Shown here piece after piece: positions 9,471 to 18,618 of a stretch of 64,000 nucleotides of DNA (its first letter is position 1; each line of letters opens with the position of its first letter). The notes beneath the pieces are model-generated. The model worked only from the letters and a program-made list of their open reading frames with translations. It had not been told where the DNA came from and did no database searches. The stretch is from a virus, in the IMG/VR virus record IMGVR_UViG_3300005573_001166, positions 32,001-96,000 of that record, one strand, 5' to 3'. Both the position numbers and the translations under genes were made by a program.

Positions 9471-11450
9471 ATGGAACTAAACAGCGAAGATATTTTAGTA
9501 GAGTTAAGACAATTTAGGAATCAATTAGAAGATCCGGAAGATAGTATATGGAGAGAGCATCCTGTACTTCTGAGAGAATTTGTAGAGTCTCCTGAGTACT
9601 GTAACTTACCCTCTTTAACCCCTATACAGTACAGGGATGCTGTTGCTGTGTTAGGGGACGATCCCAAGAAAATGTTTGATGTTAAAGAGAATAACGGTAT
9701 CAATATAGCAGTACTACTTTGGGGGAAAGGATCTGGGAAGGACTACTTGACATCTATAATACAATTGTATTGTATTTATGTAATACTGTGCTTAAGAGAA
9801 CCCCAGATATACTTTAATCAGGCACCGGGAGAACCTCTAGATGTTATAAATGTTGCATATAGCGGAGAACAGGCAAGAAATGTATATTTCACTAAGTTTT
9901 TGGAAAGATTAAAGAGGTGTAAGTGGTTTAGTACTCATTTTAACATTTTCCAATCTGGTAGGTTAGTTGCTAAGCGCAATCCTAATGCTTTAGGTAACAT
10001 ACAGATTGGAGCCTCAATGGTAACTTTTCCGCATAACGTTAGAGCTATTTCCGAGTCTTCCGAAAATGAGAGTTATGAAGGTTATAATATTATAGTATGG
10101 ATCATGGATGAAGCTTCTGCATTTAAGTCATTGAAACGTATAGAGAATGCAGGAAGTATATATAACACCCTGAAAACGTCTGCTAATACCCGATTCGCGA
10201 ATAGGTGGAAAGGCTTCGTATTATCGTACCCCAGAGCAGAAGAAGATTGGGATTTTACTATAAAGCTGTTTAAAGAGTCTAAGCTGCCTACCTCTACCAA
10301 CATGTACAGCAGTAGACATGCATCTTGGGAGGTTGCTCCTAAGTCTCTATATCCTGGAGGCACTTTTAAATTTAGATATGAAGTCGGTGAGCAGGCAATA
10401 GAGCTAGATGTACCTACCTGTTTACGAGAGGAATTTGAGAAGTTTCCTGAGAAATCTTTAAGCACTTATTGTTGTATTCCAGTAAGAGCAGAGGGCGCGT
10501 TTATTGAGGCTCCCGGTATAATTTCAAAAGTTTTCAGCGACAGAGAACCTATTTTCCTTGTAGAGTCTATAATACTTGAGACTGACTCCTCCTCCGGAAC
10601 CCCTTTTAGAAGTTTAGGCTATAGAATCGTAAAGTGGAATCAACTTTTATTCGATAAAAGTAAAAGATATGTAGCTCATATAGATTGTGGATTAAGTCAA
10701 GATAGGGCAGCTTTAGTAGTAGCACACGGGGAATACTCTTTAGTTGAAATGTTATATAGTGACGGCCATACAGAAAAACATTGGGTTCAAAAGGTGGTAG
10801 AAGATGCACATGTTGTTTATGAACCTGATCCGAAGAGTAATTTAAGAGTCTCACTTAACAATATTGCAGATTTGTTGCTTGATATAGCTGCTGTTGTTCC
10901 TTTAGCTGCAGTTACGTTCGACCACTGGCAATCAGCTTCCTTAGTAGAGACTTTGACGTTTAAGGGTTTGAGTGTAAAAGAGCATAACATAAATAGAGAT
11001 GACTATGAGTTATTAAAAAGCCTTATATATACAGGTGATATAGATTTACTTAGATCTGATCTAACGGAGAAGGAATTGTATCAATTAAGAAGAGTGGGAG
11101 GTAATATAGACCATCCGCAGGGAGGGAGTAAGGACCTTGCAGACTGTTTAGCAGGTGTAGTTAGGCTGTTGGTAGGGAATACTAGAGTTACAGAACCCAA
11201 AGGGGAGATAAAATCAGTACCTGTAATCGCTCCTGCATATACACACAGCCCAACTGATTTTAAGGTAGGTCCGAGTACAGGTGTTGTAGGCAAACCTAAA
11301 ACAACTAATATTTCTCCCAAACTTCCAGAGATACCTTCTCTAGACAGTTTTAGAAGGCAAGATTATCCTTCTGCCCGTACATTTACAAACCAGTCCAGTT
11401 ACGCACGTAACGGAAAGATATATTCCCCTAGAATAAAGGAGTTAAGATAG
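9471..11450 (+). CDS. terminase large subunit
   Basis: Walker A GKGSGKD, Walker B WIMDEA, LSYP coupling motif, RNase H-like nuclease HIDCG...TFDHWQS...IDHPQGGSKDLADC. Confidence 0.92.
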   Translation: MELNSEDILVELRQFRNQLEDPEDSIWREHPVLLREFVESPEYCNLPSLTPIQYRDAVAVLGDDPKKMFDVKENNGINIAVLLWGKGSGKDYLTSIIQLYCIYVILCLREPQIYFNQAPGEPLDVINVAYSGEQARNVYFTKFLERLKRCKWFSTHFNIFQSGRLVAKRNPNALGNIQIGASMVTFPHNVRAISESSENESYEGYNIIVWIMDEASAFKSLKRIENAGSIYNTLKTSANTRFANRWKGFVLSYPRAEEDWDFTIKLFKESKLPTSTNMYSSRHASWEVAPKSLYPGGTFKFRYEVGEQAIELDVPTCLREEFEKFPEKSLSTYCCIPVRAEGAFIEAPGIISKVFSDREPIFLVESIILETDSSSGTPFRSLGYRIVKWNQLLFDKSKRYVAHIDCGLSQDRAALVVAHGEYSLVEMLYSDGHTEKHWVQKVVEDAHVVYEPDPKSNLRVSLNNIADLLLDIAAVVPLAAVTFDHWQSASLVETLTFKGLSVKEHNINRDDYELLKSLIYTGDIDLLRSDLTEKELYQLRRVGGNIDHPQGGSKDLADCLAGVVRLLVGNTRVTEPKGEIKSVPVIAPAYTHSPTDFKVGPSTGVVGKPKTTNISPKLPEIPSLDSFRRQDYPSARTFTNQSSYARNGKIYSPRIKELR

Positions 11451-11451
11451 A

Positions 11452-11694
11452 GTGACTATGATTAATATAGCATACTTTTTAAAAGACGTATCTGAAGAGC
11501 TGCAAAACTGTGAACAATACTTACGCAATTATGTGATAGATTTACAACTTCTTCGGAAAAGTATTGAAGACTTAGAGGCTTTTATATCAGAGTTAGAAAA
11601 ATCTTCTGAATACAAGTTAGAATACTATGAAAGTTACGGAATTCCAGAAGATGAGGATATCGAGGATATTGAAGGAGAGGATGAGAATGGCTAA
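11452..11694 (+). CDS. small acidic coiled-coil protein
   Basis: ORF coupled to the terminase gene. Confidence 0.55.
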   Translation: MTMINIAYFLKDVSEELQNCEQYLRNYVIDLQLLRKSIEDLEAFISELEKSSEYKLEYYESYGIPEDEDIEDIEGEDENG

Positions 11695-12247
11695 AGAGTT
11701 TGAAACCAGTACTGTAGTTAGTCATATTACAGCACCTATTAGAGAGGGAGGGGGCAGAACTCAACTAGTGTCAGGTGCTCCAGTTAAGATTGTTAAAGCG
11801 CGTCCGGGGTCTAGGGGACAGGATACAGAGGTTACTGTTGTAAACCCGCCCCCAGATGATTGGATACCTACTGATCTTTCTATACCAGAAAGAGGACGAG
11901 AGACTGGATTTGCAGAGTTTTATAGAATGTATAAGTCTGCATATGAGAGCGATACGGATACCTACCCTGTAGAAGGTATGTTAGATGAATCCGAGTATAA
12001 GAGGATCTTAGAGGCAGCTGAAAAACAAACAGATCGCTTTAGAGTCTCAAGAGATCCTGTAACTAAAGTACCAAATAATTGGGCTGCTATAGATAGGCAA
12101 CCTGACTCCGATAAGTTTTTCGGCGATAATAAGGAACCCGAGACTGATGCAGCTTTAAATCGTATACAGTTTATTGAACAACCCAAAGAAAAGGTGGATT
12201 ATAAGACATCTAAAGCAGTCCCTATTAAGTTTTTGGGAGGCAAGTGA
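11627..12247 (+). CDS. hypothetical protein (likely start 11681-11687 after a GGAG SD)
   Basis: ORF plus SD. Confidence 0.65.
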   Translation: MKVTEFQKMRISRILKERMRMAKEFETSTVVSHITAPIREGGGRTQLVSGAPVKIVKARPGSRGQDTEVTVVNPPPDDWIPTDLSIPERGRETGFAEFYRMYKSAYESDTDTYPVEGMLDESEYKRILEAAEKQTDRFRVSRDPVTKVPNNWAAIDRQPDSDKFFGDNKEPETDAALNRIQFIEQPKEKVDYKTSKAVPIKFLGGK

Positions 12248-12471
12248 TGAAGCTGCAAAATATGACAGGTAGTTATATAAAGATTACAGCTTTAGGGATA
12301 TCTGTTGCCCCAAAGGAAGTTATAGATTTAGGAGACATAAAGGAGAAGCAAGTTCTATACGAAATAAACAGGGCAATAGATAAGGGTTGGTTTAGTATAC
12401 AAAAAGATGCTTCTAATGTAACTACCCCCAAATTAACAGGCCTTCGTAGAGCTGTTTTCGTTTCCACCTAA
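12244..12471 (+). CDS. small protein, member of a five-copy paralog family
   Basis: MKLQNMTG...APKEVIDL...RAIDKGW. Confidence 0.6.
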   Translation: MMKLQNMTGSYIKITALGISVAPKEVIDLGDIKEKQVLYEINRAIDKGWFSIQKDASNVTTPKLTGLRRAVFVST

Positions 12472-12507
12472 AACCCACTTTTCTAGATAAAAAGGAGAAT
12501 TTTAATT

Positions 12508-13236
12508 ATGTTTATAGAAGATGACTTTCAAACTGCACCTGATTCTGACCTCCCTTCTATAGGTCGGGTATATGGTGCTGTAGATTTTAACGGTATTAAA
12601 GATGCCATACCAGATTGGATGTTATTGGAGGAAGTACCTGAAGATTGGACTCCGGGGGCTATAAAGCAAGAGGACGAGGATGATGTACCTGAGTTTATTA
12701 AAAATTTACCTGAAGACGCTTTTACTGACAAAGCTACTGTTAGGGTAATCCAACTTAATCCAGATAAGAATCCTACCAAAGTAGTAGATAGGGAGTATCT
12801 TTTGTCAGACAAATCTGATCTTATAAAAGATTCTGCAGAGCTTCTAAAGCACGTACTGCATTCTTTAATGCCTACCATTTTTGCTGCACAGCCTAATTTA
12901 ACTCGTATAGAGGTAGGAGATGTAGATGAAGATGGGCATGTAAATTCTGGAAGGGTAATATGGACAGTAGAGCTGTCAGCTTCAAATCAACCAGGTATCT
13001 ATAGAACACAGCAGTCCACCCCTTTAAGGAAGTCTAGGGTAGAAATTCCTATAGTTGTAAAGGATGGTTTGTTAGTAAGACCTATGGTAATGGTTACGGC
13101 TTCCAATAAGCTGTTCCCGCTTACTGTAGAAGGATGTCAATTGTTGTTAGGTTGGAAAAGTAAACCTGTTGTTAAAAAAGGACCGCCAAGGGTAGAATTA
13201 TCATGGCAGCCAGAAAGAGATTATAGAGCATTTTAA
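12508..13236 (+). CDS. hypothetical protein
   Basis: 242-aa ORF with AAGGAG SD. Confidence 0.7.
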   Translation: MFIEDDFQTAPDSDLPSIGRVYGAVDFNGIKDAIPDWMLLEEVPEDWTPGAIKQEDEDDVPEFIKNLPEDAFTDKATVRVIQLNPDKNPTKVVDREYLLSDKSDLIKDSAELLKHVLHSLMPTIFAAQPNLTRIEVGDVDEDGHVNSGRVIWTVELSASNQPGIYRTQQSTPLRKSRVEIPIVVKDGLLVRPMVMVTASNKLFPLTVEGCQLLLGWKSKPVVKKGPPRVELSWQPERDYRAF

Positions 13237-13258
13237 TTTTTAGGGAGGTCAGAATAAG

Positions 13259-16200
13259 ATGGCAGAGTCTTTGATTAAGGGAAATGTTCCTGATTGGTTT
13301 CAAGTAGAAGGTGACCTAGATGAGTCTACTACTCCTATTATTGTAAGGGAAGAGGAGAACGGTACTTGGTCTGTTGTCAGGGCACATCTAGGTAAGGATT
13401 TGGAAGTAGATGCTGGGTATCCTACAAAGGAGGCTGCATACCATGCTGCTTTGTTAGGAGATGAAGGAAGCGGTATTGTAATAGAGTCCCGCCGTCGGTC
13501 TTTAGTTAAACATGCAGATATAAGACCGGGTATGGTTGTAGAGTATGCAGAGGAGCCTGTTACTGTTATAGCTGTAGATGGCGATACTGTAGAGGTAATT
13601 ACTCAAGAGGGCAAGCGCTTCTTTGTAGATCGCAGCCAAATAGATGCTAAAGAATTACCTGCTTCCGAGACTACAGAAACATCTTGTGGGCTAGAGGAAG
13701 TCAAGGAAACATCTTGTGGTCCAAAAGAGTCAGAAGAGGAGAAAAGCGAAGAGGAAATGAAGGAAGGTCCTCCAGTTACTATTGTTACGATGCCCTCTTA
13801 TCCGGGAGAGCGTTTATATCCTACAGGCATTAAAGTGATACTTACTGCTCTTCGCATTCCTTATAAAGAGGCTGCAGGAACCATTTGGGTTAAAGTAGCA
13901 GATAAGTTGGAGTATAATCCACAGAATAGTACTTACAGAGTTTTCGACTCTGAGGGTAATCCTGTTTCCAATGTTATGAATAGAGACGAGGCGGAAAAAT
14001 GGTTGTTGGAGAATTACCCTATAGGCAGAGAAACTGTAAGCTCCTTACTCCATAAAGCAGCTTACCCTCCAGGAACGACTGTAGAACTACCTGCAAAACA
14101 GGAAACAAGTATAAGCCCTTCTACCAAGGTTATGCCTGCTGAAAATGTAGAGTTGTATCCTGAACAGGTTGCTTCTGTATCGCCTGCAGTATCGGCAATA
14201 CTTAAACAGAGGAAAGCATCTATTAACATAGTAAGGTTGGCAGAGGTATTAAAACAGTCTCAAGATGAACTAGTGCAAGATCAAGCTTTAGATGAGATGG
14301 CTGCTAAGTCACCTCCAGTTTGCAAAAAGTGTGGAAAACCCCACTGGCCTTTCCAAAAGTGCCCCACTGAGGAACCAACTACCGAAAAATCCGCTGCAGT
14401 GTATATAGGCAAGGGCAGTTTTGTTTATGTTCCTGCATACGACGAAGAGGCAGAGGTTGTAGGCAAAGAAGGGAACATGCTCCATATAAAAAGGCCTGGA
14501 GGAACTTACGATTACGTTCGTATGCAAGATGTAAAGTCAATAGACAGCCAGGAGCCTGTTAAATGGGCTGGCGGAGTACTTTCTGCCTCTCAAGTAGCAG
14601 CTTACTCTACCGCAGTAGCTGAAAAAATGCAGGAGTTGGGTATAAAGACTATAACTGCTGAAGAGCTTTCCGATATATTAGAAGCTGAAGAGCTTGAAGA
14701 GGAAGAGGCTGAAGACACAAACGAAACAGATGAAGAGACTGAAGACACAAACGAAACAGATGAAGAGGAACTCAAGCAAATAATAGAGGATATGGTTGAG
14801 GATATACAAGCAGAACTTGCTGAAAAAGAGGCTGTTAAGATAGGACAAACCGAGGAAGCACCTATAGACGAGGTAGGGCAATTTGGTACTAATGAAGAGG
14901 AACTTCAATCCTATGTAGATGAGGTAGGACGTAAAGTTGTATTTAAAGGAGATCATTGGGAATATGAGGATACAGGAGAAGAGGCTCCTGCTCCTCCAAG
15001 TAGCCCTCAATCTCCTCTATTCGGAACAGCAGGTAAGGTAACTATGAAATTCGACTGGGCAGAATTTTTCAACGACGTTTTGCCTCAGTTGTCTAACAAA
15101 GAGTTCCAAACCGTTTACGAGCATACCCTAAACAGCCCTCCTGAAGTAACTGCAAGCCAGGAGGAGCATGATTTGTATAAAGAGGAGATTCTTAAATTTA
15201 CTAAAGAGGCCAGCAGAAGAGGACTTCCCGATCCTACTGAGCTAGCTTTTGGTATACAGGACATAGTTCGCTCTAAAGTTTCGCCCATTGTAGAGGGAGT
15301 AGTAACAGAGTATAAAAAGGAAGGACGTAAGGTTAAATACTTAGTAGCTAGTGGACGAAACGAGCTTTGGTTTGAAGAGAAAGAGCTTTCTCCTGTATTA
15401 GCAGCACAAGGACCTCCCCCTCCTGGAGCTAGAGGAGTAGATGTTTGTGTGTGTCCCGTTTGTGGAAAGGAATATCCGCATCAAAGAGGAGTTCCTTGTA
15501 GCTTACAAGTTTGTACAGAACACCCAAATACTAGGCTAATGGGTAAACCATCTCAACCCCCTGAACCTCCTAAAAGTCCACAGCCTCCTAAAGGACCTCA
15601 ACCTCCTAGAGGCCTCCGGCCTGGAGGTCCAGGACCGGTTCCTAAAGCTGCATCAGCTGACGTAATATACGAACGTACTTCTGAGGTAGCAGGTCCAGAG
15701 AATAAGGAACAACAAAAGGAATTTAACAAAGAGTTGGAACAGAAGACGGGTTCGAGTACGGAAGACGAAAGCGAGCAGCAGGGGAGGAAGCAGCCTTCTG
15801 CTTCCTCCCTGCAAGTAGAAGCAGACATAATCAAGGAATGTACTATTCGTAAATGTAAGCCGGGAGATAAAAAAAGCTCTAAAGACGTTTGGTGTTTATA
15901 TACAAAACATAAGCCGGAAAGGTTGCTAGGGAGGCATTCCACTTATGAGGAAGCATTAGCGCAAGAAAGGGCGATAAAGGCGCAGGGTATGAAGATTGCA
16001 GAGACTGTGAATACAGAGGAAGTTATATCACCTGCTTCTCCTAAAACTCCCATATCTCCTACAGTACCTAAAGTTCCAAGGACTCCTATACCAGTTCCTG
16101 TTCCTAGAGAGGCTCCGAAAAAGTTTGTATGTCCTATAGATGGAAGGGAGTATACCGAAGCACAGGTAGGGGAAGATAGAGAATGCCCTGATCATCCAGA

Positions 16201-17482
16201 TGTAAAAGTTATAGAGAGAAAAGTAGTTGCTCCTAAACCTACTAAATCTCCCAAACAAACTGCAGCATCTTGGGAGGCAGTCTGTTTTGTAGATAAGGCG
16301 TTTAAGGACATACAAGAGGGTTGCCAACTCTCTGAAGTGTTGGCTAGTCTGCATAAATCCTCCTATACTGAAGAGGATATAGCCTTTATAAAGAGTGCTT
16401 TGTTGGAGAGGACAGCTAATGATTATTTAGAGGGAACTGTTCCTGAAGATATAAGGGAGCAAGTAACTGCTGTATATTTGAGGGAGAGCCCTGCAGATGC
16501 TTTAGTATATCTTAAACAGATGATCCCTGAATATCAAGGGGATTACAAGGAGTTATTGCAACAGATTGTAAATGAAGTTGGGTATAAACCTGAACTGATA
16601 ACTGAACAAGTCCCTTCTGAGGCAACTGCAGAGACTTATAAAGAGTCGGAATTTCTTAAAACATCTGATCATACAAAAGAAATAGCTTTATGTTTTAAGG
16701 GTGATAGATACCACATATATGATTTAGATTTCGGTGACATTACTCCGGAGGGTGCAAAAGAAAAAGATATAAGGGAAAAGTTAAAGTCGTTGGGTGTTTC
16801 AGAAGATAAAATAGACGAAGCTTTGAAGCAGGTTAGGGAGTTGCAGGTAACTCTACGAGTAAAAGTGGCAGAAACAGAACCCGGAGTGTATATAAGAGAT
16901 ATAGATATTGCAGTTTCGACGGCTTTAACGGAACTTGGGCCTCAAGCACCTAGGGCGTCTTTGATGATGAGGGCAATGGAAAAGTTTGCAGAACTTAACT
17001 CGGAGGAGTTAGCAAGGGCATATCAATCCGAGATAAAGGAGCGACTTAATAAAGAGTTAGAGTTGTATGAGGGAGCTAGAGCAGAAATTCCTGGTACTCA
17101 TAAGGAAATAGGTACCCAGCAGGGTATGAATCCTATAGCTGCAAAACAAGCAAAAACACCGGATCCGAAAAAGAAGAAGGAATTAGTGGACAAGTTTAAA
17201 GAACAAGGAGTGCCTTTAGAACAGGAAGTCAAAAAGAAGCCTAAACCGTGGGAAGTATCTGAAGACAGGCAACTTACTACAGTTGGTTTTAAGTTATACG
17301 ATAGGGTACGTGATCAGGCTAATCCCAACTTGACGGGAACTGTTATAGGTTTTGAGGGTGATAACGTAGTTGTGGCTATGGACAAGTCTATTTACTGCGA
17401 GGCAGGAGCCGAGGGTTTATATCTACCAGACGCCCTTTTGAAGATAGAAGAGACTGATGCTGAGGATCTTAACTTGTGGTAG
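13259..17482 (+). CDS. 1407-aa mosaic virion-associated protein (SH3/KOW-like barrels, Zn ribbons, acidic and Pro-rich linkers)
   Basis: IRPGMVVEY, IGKGSFVYV, FGIQDIVRS and FKLYDRVRD barrel-like starts; CKKCGKPH, CVCPVCGKEYPH, CPIDG..CPDHP; lies between terminase and portal. Confidence 0.7.
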   Translation: MAESLIKGNVPDWFQVEGDLDESTTPIIVREEENGTWSVVRAHLGKDLEVDAGYPTKEAAYHAALLGDEGSGIVIESRRRSLVKHADIRPGMVVEYAEEPVTVIAVDGDTVEVITQEGKRFFVDRSQIDAKELPASETTETSCGLEEVKETSCGPKESEEEKSEEEMKEGPPVTIVTMPSYPGERLYPTGIKVILTALRIPYKEAAGTIWVKVADKLEYNPQNSTYRVFDSEGNPVSNVMNRDEAEKWLLENYPIGRETVSSLLHKAAYPPGTTVELPAKQETSISPSTKVMPAENVELYPEQVASVSPAVSAILKQRKASINIVRLAEVLKQSQDELVQDQALDEMAAKSPPVCKKCGKPHWPFQKCPTEEPTTEKSAAVYIGKGSFVYVPAYDEEAEVVGKEGNMLHIKRPGGTYDYVRMQDVKSIDSQEPVKWAGGVLSASQVAAYSTAVAEKMQELGIKTITAEELSDILEAEELEEEEAEDTNETDEETEDTNETDEEELKQIIEDMVEDIQAELAEKEAVKIGQTEEAPIDEVGQFGTNEEELQSYVDEVGRKVVFKGDHWEYEDTGEEAPAPPSSPQSPLFGTAGKVTMKFDWAEFFNDVLPQLSNKEFQTVYEHTLNSPPEVTASQEEHDLYKEEILKFTKEASRRGLPDPTELAFGIQDIVRSKVSPIVEGVVTEYKKEGRKVKYLVASGRNELWFEEKELSPVLAAQGPPPPGARGVDVCVCPVCGKEYPHQRGVPCSLQVCTEHPNTRLMGKPSQPPEPPKSPQPPKGPQPPRGLRPGGPGPVPKAASADVIYERTSEVAGPENKEQQKEFNKELEQKTGSSTEDESEQQGRKQPSASSLQVEADIIKECTIRKCKPGDKKSSKDVWCLYTKHKPERLLGRHSTYEEALAQERAIKAQGMKIAETVNTEEVISPASPKTPISPTVPKVPRTPIPVPVPREAPKKFVCPIDGREYTEAQVGEDRECPDHPDVKVIERKVVAPKPTKSPKQTAASWEAVCFVDKAFKDIQEGCQLSEVLASLHKSSYTEEDIAFIKSALLERTANDYLEGTVPEDIREQVTAVYLRESPADALVYLKQMIPEYQGDYKELLQQIVNEVGYKPELITEQVPSEATAETYKESEFLKTSDHTKEIALCFKGDRYHIYDLDFGDITPEGAKEKDIREKLKSLGVSEDKIDEALKQVRELQVTLRVKVAETEPGVYIRDIDIAVSTALTELGPQAPRASLMMRAMEKFAELNSEELARAYQSEIKERLNKELELYEGARAEIPGTHKEIGTQQGMNPIAAKQAKTPDPKKKKELVDKFKEQGVPLEQEVKKKPKPWEVSEDRQLTTVGFKLYDRVRDQANPNLTGTVIGFEGDNVVVAMDKSIYCEAGAEGLYLPDALLKIEETDAEDLNLW
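14709..14767 (+). repeat. 30-bp tandem duplication (EDTNETDEE)
   Basis: ctgaagacacaaacgaaacagatgaagag x2. Confidence 0.9.
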
Positions 17483-17494
17483 GAGGGACATACC

Positions 17495-17803
17495 ATGTAC
17501 AAATATGCAGAGAAGGAGTTCGGTTTTACAGACGTAGCTCCCGATACAGGAGTTCCTCTTAATTTATTTGAGGAGCATACTTTTCCTAAATACAGTACAG
17601 ATGAAACCAGAGAGCAGTCGCTTTTAGAGCTAATTCCCCATTTAGTAGATGTTGTAAAGTCTGCAGTAGATGATTACGGTGTATTACCTCAGGATGCTTT
17701 CGATTCTATAATAAACGAGTACGAGTTAGACCAGTTTCCTGAAGTTATACACTACTTTTGGAGGCAACTGCCTAAGGAGCTTCAGATTGATATCTCTTAC
17801 TAA
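17495..17803 (+). CDS. hypothetical protein
   Basis: 102-aa ORF with GGAGG SD. Confidence 0.65.
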   Translation: MYKYAEKEFGFTDVAPDTGVPLNLFEEHTFPKYSTDETREQSLLELIPHLVDVVKSAVDDYGVLPQDAFDSIINEYELDQFPEVIHYFWRQLPKELQIDISY

Positions 17804-18599
17804 ACTACCTGATTTGTCCAATCCACCTTTGTGTGCTTGCGGTTGTGGAAAGAAGGTAAAGTGGGACTATCATAGAAGAAGATGGTCCAGATTTGTACTA
17901 GGGCACGGATCGAAAAGAGTGCCTTTTAACTTCTTACATGGGAAACCTCCAAAATGTGCTTGTGGCTGCGGCAAACCTGTAAAATGGGATGATAGCAGAG
18001 CTCAATGGTCTAAATATTTAAAAGGACACAGACCTAAAATCCCTTCCAGAAGAAGGGTATACCCCAAACCGAAAAACGCCCCTCCAAAATGCGTCTGTGG
18101 TTGTGGTAGAAGAGTACCTTGGAACTATTATACAGGTCGGTGGCGCAGATTTGCAACAACGAATTGCTTTATTAAGGTACTTGTACAAAGCAGGTTTAAT
18201 CTCTCTATTCTCTTAGGTAGACTTTCTGGAGAGCCCCCAAAATGTGCTTGCGGTTGCGGTAGGAGGGTAAGGTGGAACTTTCTTGAGAACAGGTGGAATA
18301 CATATGCTCGGAATCATGGGCCCATACCTGTAGATGCAGGAGAGGCTCCTTTATGTGCTTGCGGTTGTGGACAGCCTGCAAGATGGAACCATGGGGAGAA
18401 AAGATGGAATAAATACTTGCAAGGGCATTTTTCTGTAGAGAGGGCTTTAAAGCTTTTGACAAAAGCAAAAACTGCAAGGTCTTTTAATCTCTTTTTCCAT
18501 TTATTTAGAACTGTTGCAAACAAAGCGGGTATTCCTATTACACATCAAAATGAGTTGTTAAGAAGTATAGGTGTTATCCCTATAGATATGTTAAGATAA
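17787..18599 (+). CDS. basic protein with five CxCGCG...W...H putative Zn-binding repeats
   Basis: PP(L/K)C(A/V)CGCG..V.W...RW..(F/Y)..GH x5; TTG start after AAGGAG. Confidence 0.75.
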   Translation: MISLTKLPDLSNPPLCACGCGKKVKWDYHRRRWSRFVLGHGSKRVPFNFLHGKPPKCACGCGKPVKWDDSRAQWSKYLKGHRPKIPSRRRVYPKPKNAPPKCVCGCGRRVPWNYYTGRWRRFATTNCFIKVLVQSRFNLSILLGRLSGEPPKCACGCGRRVRWNFLENRWNTYARNHGPIPVDAGEAPLCACGCGQPARWNHGEKRWNKYLQGHFSVERALKLLTKAKTARSFNLFFHLFRTVANKAGIPITHQNELLRSIGVIPIDMLR

Positions 18600-18618
18600 A
18601 AAAGGCGGTGAGTATCTT

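Noticed and set aside
879-11450. Inteins or introns in RecA or terminase; stop-codon recoding
   Set aside because: Lengths are normal, no splicing motifs are seen, and genes are intact and tightly packed under the standard code.
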